Assembly (NCBI GenBank): GCA_963666215.2
Contig: CAXWPL010000005.1
Location: 32,001 to 96,000, forward strand
Length of the DNA stretch: 64,000 bases
Direction: 5' to 3'
From: Acidobacteriota bacterium
Lineage (GTDB): Bacteria > Acidobacteriota > UBA890 > WLXD01
The position numbers were made by a program, and so were the translations under genes. Shown one piece after another: positions 41,760-48,601 of this stretch (position 1 is its first letter; each line of letters starts with the position of its first letter). The notes under the pieces are model-generated. The model did no database searches, had not been told where the DNA came from, and worked only from the letters and a program-made list of their open reading frames with translations.

Positions 41760-41935
41760 GGCTGTTGGCCTCCTTCACGGGTCAATGGTCCAGCTCGTCG
41801 GTCGGGCGGCCAGGACAAGACTGTGATGGGACCTGTTCAGATCAGGCTCCTATGAGGTCACTGCCCGTCCGGCTGGCGAGCAGCCTGATCGGTGCGCCAC
41901 CCCAGCCGACCGACAGGTCAGTGCAAGGACACCAC

Positions 41936-43344
41936 GGGGATGTCCCACCGTCCGTTGAACTAAGGCGACGGTGAAGTGGTTGGGGATTGTTACGCAGTAC
42001 GGCGCTCCTGCTCAAGGTGAGCGTCGACGGCGGCGTTCAGTGCGGCATCGAGCTTGGCGATGTCGCGGTAGCCACGGACCCTCCGGAAGTGGCTCTCGGC
42101 CTCGATGAGCGCGGTAACCGCCCATCGAACGATCATGCTCCCGGAGCGCCATCTCTTTACGTTGCGGCTGACGTGTTTGATCGTGCCGTTGAGATTCTCG
42201 ATCGTGTTCGTTGAACGCAACGTTCGAAGCAGCGGCCCCTGCACTCCGAGCCGGGTGACGGTGAGCGTCTCTTGCATTCCTTCTCTGAGCGAGGCCGCGG
42301 CACCCGGGTGATCCGTCTCCAGCTCTTTGGCCACGGCGTCGAGCTGCTTGGTCGCTGCCGCTGCCGTCTCCGCCTTCCAGGCCTTGCGGATCTTCGCCGC
42401 GAACCAGGGCCGGATATGCCCTGGCAGATGTTCCAAGACGTTCTTGATCTTGTGGACACGGCAGCGCTGGATCAGGGCCCACTCGCCGAACGTGTCGCGC
42501 ACTGCTTTACGGAGGCCCTTGGAGCCATCGATTACCACCAACCGCGCCCGTTCGACGGGCATGCCGCGTTCAATCAACTGCCGCAGCAGCGATCGGCACA
42601 CACGTGAACTCTCGGTGGTGCCTTCTACGACGCCCAGAACATGCTTGACGCCGTCCGTATCGATGCCCATGGCGATCACCAACAGGTGCTTGCCCATGTG
42701 CGTACCGTCGATCACCAGCACCGGCAAGTCCACCTCGTTGAGTGGTTGGGCCAGGTACTGCTGCACCTGCCGGGCGGTACGCGCTACGAACCGCCGCGAC
42801 ACACTCGAGCGACTCGTCCCGGATGAAGTTCGGCCTTCGGGCAGCTGCTCCAACGAGCGCTCATACTTGCGCGTCGTGACGCCGCACAGGATCTGCTCCA
42901 CGGCGCGCTCTTCGAGCGGGTCGGTGGCCTTGAACCTCTCCCAGTGCGGCAGCGGCAGCTCTTGGCCATCGACGCTCCGAGCCCGCGGCTTGCGTACCTT
43001 GACCCGCCGGCCGCCCATCACCAGCGAGCCCTCGTCGTAGCCGTGTCGGTACGCCCGCCGCTGCTGTGACCGTGCGTGGCGTTCTCCGCATAGCTCAGCT
43101 CTGTCTTCTTCCAGCAGCGAACCCAACACCCCGAAGCCCGCGTCCATGACCAGCGCTCGTAGATCCGATCGCGCCGCTACCACTGCCTCCAGGAGCGGGT
43201 TCTCTTGGCGCTCCGCTTTCCTACTTGTCTCTGTTCTGCGACTCTTGCTCATGACGGTGATCCTCCATGCCAGTGGATTGACCCCGACACACTATCGAGG
43301 TCGGATCACCGTCACCCTTTTTCAACGGAGCCTGTGACATCCCC
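41936..43344 (-). mobile_element. IS256-family element, copy B, intact
   Basis: Same IRs as copy A; 8-bp TSD GACACCAC (41928-41935, 43345-43352). Confidence 0.95.
41990..43252 (-). CDS. IS256-family transposase
   Basis: LVIDG, VIDGSKGL, QRCRVHK, STNTIENLN. Confidence 0.93.
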   Translation of the reverse strand: MSKSRRTETSRKAERQENPLLEAVVAARSDLRALVMDAGFGVLGSLLEEDRAELCGERHARSQQRRAYRHGYDEGSLVMGGRRVKVRKPRARSVDGQELPLPHWERFKATDPLEERAVEQILCGVTTRKYERSLEQLPEGRTSSGTSRSSVSRRFVARTARQVQQYLAQPLNEVDLPVLVIDGTHMGKHLLVIAMGIDTDGVKHVLGVVEGTTESSRVCRSLLRQLIERGMPVERARLVVIDGSKGLRKAVRDTFGEWALIQRCRVHKIKNVLEHLPGHIRPWFAAKIRKAWKAETAAAATKQLDAVAKELETDHPGAAASLREGMQETLTVTRLGVQGPLLRTLRSTNTIENLNGTIKHVSRNVKRWRSGSMIVRWAVTALIEAESHFRRVRGYRDIAKLDAALNAAVDAHLEQERRTA

Positions 43345-43465
43345 GACACCACGGTCGGTCAACTTATCGGTCAGGCCGACCGGAGCAGCGCCCCAGCATC
43401 ATCACAGTCAACTTAACTTTCCGAACCTTGTCCCCGGGCAATCTTGCTTCGAGGCAGACCGCTCT

Positions 43466-44164
43466 TCAAGGGGTGGTGGCCACCTGCCAATCCATCAACG
43501 ATCGGGTACGCAGCAGTCGGTAGTGTGCTGCTCGCAAGCGGTGTCGTCCGAGTCGGAAGAGGTTGAGGATGACACCTTGCACAGCCAAAAACTGTTGAGC
43601 TTGCGACGCTGACTTGAATCTCCGCATCTGGCGTTCTCGTTGTCGAGTGGGCTGGTGCGAGGCCTCGCATCGGTTGTTCGCGTAGCGCGCAGTGACATGC
43701 TCGACCGAAGGCATCACGACATGGTGCGCGGCCCCATAACTTCTGAGCTTGTCGGTAATCAACCATCGGGGTGCACTCCCCTGCCCTTTCAGCAACTTGC
43801 GGAAGAAGCGCTTGGCCGCGCGAGCGCTACGTCGCCGCTGGACCAAGATATCGATCACATCTCCGTCCTGGTCGACCGCTCGCCACAGGTAGTGGCGCCG
43901 GCCGCGGATCCTCACGAAGACCTCGTCCAGGAACCAAGTGTCACCCAGACGACCTTGCCGCCGCCGTAGCTTGCGAGCGTAGTCAGGGCCGAACTTCGCA
44001 CACCACCGTCGAATCGTCTCGTAGGTGACCTCGACTCCGCGCTCGGCTAGGAGATCTTCCACGTCTCGGAAGCTCAGGCAGAACCGGTGGTAGAGCCAGA
44101 CGGAGTGGCTGATGATCTCGATCGGGAAACGGTGTCTGCGATATCGGCTGACGGCGTTGCTCAT
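43466..44164 (-). CDS. IS6-family transposase
   Basis: YRRHRFP, WFLDE, YLWRAVDQDG, ITDKLRSY, NNRCEASHQP. Confidence 0.95.
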   Translation of the reverse strand: MSNAVSRYRRHRFPIEIISHSVWLYHRFCLSFRDVEDLLAERGVEVTYETIRRWCAKFGPDYARKLRRRQGRLGDTWFLDEVFVRIRGRRHYLWRAVDQDGDVIDILVQRRRSARAAKRFFRKLLKGQGSAPRWLITDKLRSYGAAHHVVMPSVEHVTARYANNRCEASHQPTRQRERQMRRFKSASQAQQFLAVQGVILNLFRLGRHRLRAAHYRLLRTRSLMDWQVATTP

Positions 44165-44204
44165 GGCCGTACTCTGTCAGCAGCGCCTTTAAGTTGACAG
44201 TGCC

Positions 44205-44413
44205 CCTCGAACGGCCCCCGTCGGCAGCTTCCCATCCCCGCTCGATGTCGGCGACGATCGCTCCAGGGCAGCGGGATCCATGGGCGCCGCGGACGACGCT
44301 TCCTCGTCAGGGATAGGTACCGCCTGACACGCCGCCGCTGCGATCATCGCCAACCCGAGCAACGATCCAGCGAGGTCTCTTGGCTTCACGCTCATTCCCA
44401 CCATCTCCTTCAT
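44205..44413 (-). pseudogene. 5' remnant of a lipoprotein gene truncated at the IS6 end
   Basis: Lipobox-like LAMIAAAAC; an adjacent frame reads IVADIERGWEAADG (NTF2-like by my reading) and stops at the IS6 IR. Confidence 0.4.
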
Positions 44414-44603
44414 GGTCCCCGGGTTGTCCAGAGCAGGCGGCCCATTCGACGGGCAAGTTCGCGCCTCACCCAAGCTATCAGAGCCGTGCGACGTCGCCCA
44501 CGGAGCGGCACACGGCGTGCGTACCTTGAAAGAGGACGTCGCCGGAGCTGGTGCTTTCGAGACAAACGCATCGACGATCGCACACCCGGTCGGTGACCCA
44601 CGG

Positions 44604-44798
44604 CTACCCGAAATGGCCCACGAGACGAGGACCCCGTGCCGTGGCCACCCGCAGGGGCAGCTTGCGCCACAGTCCGATCGCAAGCCGGTAGCGCGAATTG
44701 TCTGGAGAGATTCGAGGCAGCTCGGATCCCTTGGCCACGCGGTAGCGGTAGCGTGCCGGTTCGGGGTCGAAGCCGAAGCGACGTTTGAAGTGGTAGGC
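44604..44798 (-). pseudogene. 3' remnant of a FemAB-related (PEP-CTERM/EPS-associated) gene
   Basis: AYHFKRRFGFDPEP..ISPDNSRYRLAIGLWRKLPLRVATARGPRLVGHFG*; begins exactly at an IS256 end. Confidence 0.7.
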
Positions 44799-44819
44799 GG
44801 GGATGTCACACCGTCCGTT
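44799..44819. mobile_element. Isolated IS256 terminal IR remnant
   Basis: GGGGATGTCACACCGTCCGTT matches the copy B end at 41936 (GGGGATGTCCCACCGTCCGTT) at 20/21. Confidence 0.8.
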
Positions 44820-45335
44820 CTTGGCCTCGGAAGTCTTGGCGGGGTCGTCGCCGAGCGGCTCAGCGCCCTCGGCGTGAACGTGCTCGGCCTGTGCCGCAGC
44901 GGTAAGCCGCGCCCGCACGTTTCGCGCGTTTTTTCGCCGGACAACTGGCGCAGCATGCTTCCCTTGTGCGACGCACTGGTGCTCACCACGCCGCTGACAC
45001 CCCAGACCCACGGCATGCTCGACGCCGCGGCGCTCGCCGCACTCCCAGCGGGAGCGGTGTTGGTGAACGTCGCTCGCGGCGAGTTGGTTGACGAGCGTGC
45101 TCTGCTCGAGAGTGTTCGCCAGGGGCGCCTGCGCGCCGCCGTACTCGACGTCTTCGACCGCGAGCCCCTACCAGCAGACAGCCCGCTTTGGACCGAACCG
45201 CGGATCTGGGTGACGCCTCACGTGGCCGCCCCGAGCGAGGTCGATCTAGTGGCCGACGAGTTCGCCATCAACTACAGCCGGTTCATCGATGGCGCGCCGC
45301 TCGTAAATCTCGTCGACAGAGAGCGCGGCTACTAG
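44817..45335 (+). pseudogene. 5'-truncated D-2-hydroxyacid dehydrogenase (NAD-binding part)
   Basis: VLGLGSLG, PLTPQT, LVNVARG, LDVF, TPHVA; N-terminal domain missing. Confidence 0.8.
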
Positions 45336-45355
45336 CCCGGTAGGCGCTGCGGAGA

Positions 45356-46639
45356 CTAACCCCGCGCCTGGACCTGTTCGGCGATGGTCTCGATCGCACG
45401 GTCGATCTCGTCATCGGTGCTGTAGAAGTGGGGCGACAGACGGATGCCGGCACCCGGACGATGATCGACCATCACGCGTCGCTCGAGCAAGGCGGCCGCG
45501 ACTTCCTCCGAATGCGGCACGAGCAGCGAGACGGCCCCACCGCGGACCGCCGGGTCGAGCGGCGTGTTCACTTTCCATCCATGCCCGAGCGCGGCCTCGA
45601 CGAGTCGTTGCGTCTGACGCTGCGACTTGCGCCGAACGGCTCTCAGGTCGAGCTCGCCGATAATCTCCAACCCGGGCTCCGCTGCCGCCAGAGCGGGTAC
45701 AACCGTCGTTCCATTCAGGAAGCGCCAGCTCGCGTCGTCGCGATAGCGCTGCGACGCCGCCTTGAAGGCGAACGGATCTTGATTGGCGAACCAGCCGGTA
45801 AGCGACGGCTCCAGGGACGGCGCGAGATCGGGGCGCACGTAGAGGTAGGCGACACCCGGTCCGCCGCACAGCCACTTGAGCGTCCCTCCTACGGCCAGAT
45901 CGACACCGGTGGCGGTGACGTCGATCGGCATGATGCCTGCCGACTGGTACGTGTCCAGAAGGACGTGGGCGCCCACAGAATGCGCGCGCTCGACGATGGC
46001 GGCGACGTCTTGGCAGTAACTGCTCCTGAAGATCACGTGTGAGATCGGAACGAGCTGGGTTTGCTCGTCGATTGCCGCCAGCATGGCTTCAAGCGGCACC
46101 GTCAATCCGTCCTGCGACGGCACCAACTCGAGCTTCGCGCCTAGGCGCTCCTGCTGACCGTAGAGGTACAGCATCGACGGGAAGTTGAGCTCGGAGCAGA
46201 CGATCTTATTCCGCGGCCCGGTGAAGTCGAAACACGAGGTGACGACGGCGGACGCCGTTGTCACGTTGGGGTGGGTCGAAACACTGCCGGCCGGCGCGCC
46301 GATCAGCGGCGCCACCTTGTTGCCGACACGCTCGGCCGCCATGAACCAGCTCTCCTCCCAGGCACAAACACCGAGCTCCTCCCATTGCTGGACGTAGCTC
46401 GCCAGCGCCGGACGAACGCCCCGCGGCATGGCACCCAGGGAGTTGGAGATCAGATACGTCGACGTCTCCAGGATCGGAAATTCGTTACGCCGGGCGAGCA
46501 GCGCCGCTTCGGCCGCAGCGTCGTCCTGGGCGATCGGCTGCCGGCCCGGGCTCGACATCACCGGCTCGACGATGACTTGTGATCGAACACCGGCAAGCGC
46601 TTGCGGCGCTGCCGACGCATCGTCACGGTCCAAGCTCAT
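45356..46639 (-). CDS. Kynureninase-like class V PLP enzyme
   Basis: YLISNSLGAMP, LNFPS, DTYQSAG, GGTLKWLCGGPG, TGWF. Confidence 0.8.
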   Translation of the reverse strand: MSLDRDDASAAPQALAGVRSQVIVEPVMSSPGRQPIAQDDAAAEAALLARRNEFPILETSTYLISNSLGAMPRGVRPALASYVQQWEELGVCAWEESWFMAAERVGNKVAPLIGAPAGSVSTHPNVTTASAVVTSCFDFTGPRNKIVCSELNFPSMLYLYGQQERLGAKLELVPSQDGLTVPLEAMLAAIDEQTQLVPISHVIFRSSYCQDVAAIVERAHSVGAHVLLDTYQSAGIMPIDVTATGVDLAVGGTLKWLCGGPGVAYLYVRPDLAPSLEPSLTGWFANQDPFAFKAASQRYRDDASWRFLNGTTVVPALAAAEPGLEIIGELDLRAVRRKSQRQTQRLVEAALGHGWKVNTPLDPAVRGGAVSLLVPHSEEVAAALLERRVMVDHRPGAGIRLSPHFYSTDDEIDRAIETIAEQVQARG

Positions 46640-46830
46640 GGCGATGTCTCCGAAAGGGTGCGGGTGGGGTTTCGACAGGGCTGTGAGGCAATCGGCCGAC
46701 GCCTGCCGAGCCGGTAAACTACTGTGCGAGTGGCGACAAGCCAACCGCCAATCCGCGCGGGACATGCCGAATCTAACGGCCGCGGGGGCTCACCCACCGG
46801 CGAGCTTCATCTGCTCGCGCGGAGTTGTCG

Positions 46831-47739
46831 ATGGACTCAGCGAACGAGATGGGCGCCAAGAGCGGGCAAAGCGCACAGCGCGCCCCGGCGGAGCACCCGG
46901 CACTGCGCATTGGTCAGAGCGCCGATCCCGACGACGCCTTCATGGCCTGGGGTCTCGAGCGCTGCCTTGCGGAGCGCGGACTGCGGGTCGACCTGACCTT
47001 CGGCGACATCGAGCAGCTCAACCGCTCGGCACTCTCCGGTGATAGCGACCTCACGGCAATCTCTTTCGCCGCGTACGCCGAGCTCGCACCGCGATATCGA
47101 CTGCTGCGATGTGGCTCGAGCTTCGGCGACGGCTACGGACCGATCGTCGTCGGGCGCTGTCCAGCGAAGGCTGAAGGCATCGAATCGCTCGCCGGCCTGC
47201 GCGTGGCGATTCCGGGGCAGCACACCACCGCCTACTTGCTGCTGCGCATCTACGCCAGCCGTGCCGAACAGACCTTCGAAGCGATCGAGATGCCGTTCGA
47301 TCGGATCCTCGATGCAGTAGCGGAGGGAACGGTCGATGCCGGCCTGATTATCCATGAGGGGCAACTGACCTACCGCGAGCTAGGGTTCGAGCTTCTGTTC
47401 GATCCACCAGCCCGCTGGGCGAAAGAGGAAGAGTTACCTCTGCCGCTGGGAGGCGTTGTGGTCCGCCGTGGTCTCGACCCACAGATCCAGCTGGCACTCA
47501 GCGCGGCGTTCCGCGAGAGCATCGACGCTGCTTTCGATAACCGGGACGAGGCGCTGCGCTTCGCGGCCGGCTACGCCCGTGACCTGCCGTGGAGCACGCT
47601 GAAGGAGTACGTGGAGCGTTACGTCAATCGGGCAACAGCCGACATGGGCGCTGACGGCGAAGCCGCCCTTCAGCGGCTATACGAACGGGCCACGGCAGCC
47701 GGGATCATCCAACGTTCTCCGCCGCTCGATCTTCTCTGA
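46831..47739 (+). CDS. mqnD: 1,4-dihydroxy-6-naphthoate synthase (futalosine menaquinone pathway)
   Basis: DPDDAFM, DIEQLN, GYGP, IPGQHTTAYLL, GLIIHEGQLTY, LPLPLG. Confidence 0.88.
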   Translation: MDSANEMGAKSGQSAQRAPAEHPALRIGQSADPDDAFMAWGLERCLAERGLRVDLTFGDIEQLNRSALSGDSDLTAISFAAYAELAPRYRLLRCGSSFGDGYGPIVVGRCPAKAEGIESLAGLRVAIPGQHTTAYLLLRIYASRAEQTFEAIEMPFDRILDAVAEGTVDAGLIIHEGQLTYRELGFELLFDPPARWAKEEELPLPLGGVVVRRGLDPQIQLALSAAFRESIDAAFDNRDEALRFAAGYARDLPWSTLKEYVERYVNRATADMGADGEAALQRLYERATAAGIIQRSPPLDLL

Positions 47740-47748
47740 GCGCTGCCC

Positions 47749-48429
47749 GTGACTCTGCCGCCAAAGCTCGTTCTGTTCGACCTCGATGGCACCCTTGTCG
47801 ATTCGCAGCGCGACCTTGCCGCCGCGGCCAACGCGCTGATCGCACGCTACGACGGCACGCAGCTCGACGAGGCGACGATCGGCGCAATGATCGGCGAGGG
47901 CGCAGCGGTGCTGGTTCGACGAGCGCTGACGGCGGCCCTTCAAGAGGTCGATGGAAGCGCGATGACCGAAGTCGGCGAGCAGCAGTTCCACGAGTTCGAT
48001 CGCCTGTACGCCGACCGAATCCTCGACACTACTTGCCCCTACGCCGGCATCCGCGAGCTTCTCGAGCGCCTGTATCCGATACTCCCGCTCGCCGTGCTGA
48101 CCAACAAGCCGGCGCGGCCCGCCCGTCAGATCCTCGACGGACTCGACCTCAGTCGTTACTTCCAGGCGGTCGTTACGGGGGACGACGGCGCTCGCAAGCC
48201 GGACCCTGCGAACCTGCTGCGGCTCGCCAACACCGCAGGCTACGAGGCAGCGCAAACGTTGCTGGTCGGTGACTCGTTCATCGACTTCAACACGGCTCGC
48301 CGCGCCGGTGCCGGAATCGCGATGGCGCGTTACGGCTTCGGCTACGAGAATTTCCCGGCCGAACACCTGCAAGGCGACGAGCTCCTACTCGACGCGCCGC
48401 TCGAGTTGGCAAGCGCGCTCGACGTCTAG
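47749..48429 (+). CDS. HAD hydrolase, phosphoglycolate phosphatase-like
   Basis: FDLDGTLVDS, LTNKP, KPDP, VGDS..D. Confidence 0.85.
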   Translation: MTLPPKLVLFDLDGTLVDSQRDLAAAANALIARYDGTQLDEATIGAMIGEGAAVLVRRALTAALQEVDGSAMTEVGEQQFHEFDRLYADRILDTTCPYAGIRELLERLYPILPLAVLTNKPARPARQILDGLDLSRYFQAVVTGDDGARKPDPANLLRLANTAGYEAAQTLLVGDSFIDFNTARRAGAGIAMARYGFGYENFPAEHLQGDELLLDAPLELASALDV

Positions 48430-48601
48430 CGGCCTGCGCCACACTTCCGGCGCCGCCTTCCATTGCTTCCCAGGCGTCGAGCGCGTCCTGCGACGCCGGC
48501 CTGATGAGTCTTCGGAAGCACCCCTGCCATTGCTAGACTTTCCTGGTCGTCATGACCCGCTGAAACTCTGCTAACCATTTCTGAAGTCAACTGGAGACAA
48601 C

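Larger units (their letters stand above)
41775..43395 (-). ncRNA. Putative bridge RNA of the IS110, split by IS256 (41936-43344); ends approximate
   Basis: Two stem-closed internal loops carrying target guides TAAGTTGAC (43358-43366) and GCACTG (41919-41924) and donor guides ATAGGAGC (41846-41853) and CATCACAG (41821-41828). Confidence 0.8.
40664..43407 (-). mobile_element. IS110-family element inserted in the IS6 IR, itself interrupted by IS256
   Basis: Minus-strand ends CTGTGATGATG.. and ..ATAGGAGCTTC sharing one C with the target; no TIRs; long upstream non-coding end. Confidence 0.9.
40658..44204 (-). mobile_element. IS6-family element whose right IR is split by the IS110
   Basis: Intact IR TTAAGTTGACAGTGCC at 44189-44204; other IR = GGCACTG(40658-40664) + TCAACTTAA(43408-43416). 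Confidence 0.9.

Noticed and set aside
25277-43344. Composite transposon formed by the two inverted IS256 copies around the EPS operon
   Set aside because: Each copy has its own matching 8-bp TSD (TTGCAAAG; GACACCAC) and the copies differ at many sites, so they are independent insertions with no inversion between them.
40650-44212. Target-site duplication around the IS6
   Set aside because: The flanks GTAGAACG and CCTCGAAC do not match, consistent with adjacent deletion or cointegrate resolution.
44412-44816. Novel N-terminal domain on the 2-hydroxyacid dehydrogenase
   Set aside because: It is largely the antisense of a FemAB-like remnant plus an IS256 end.
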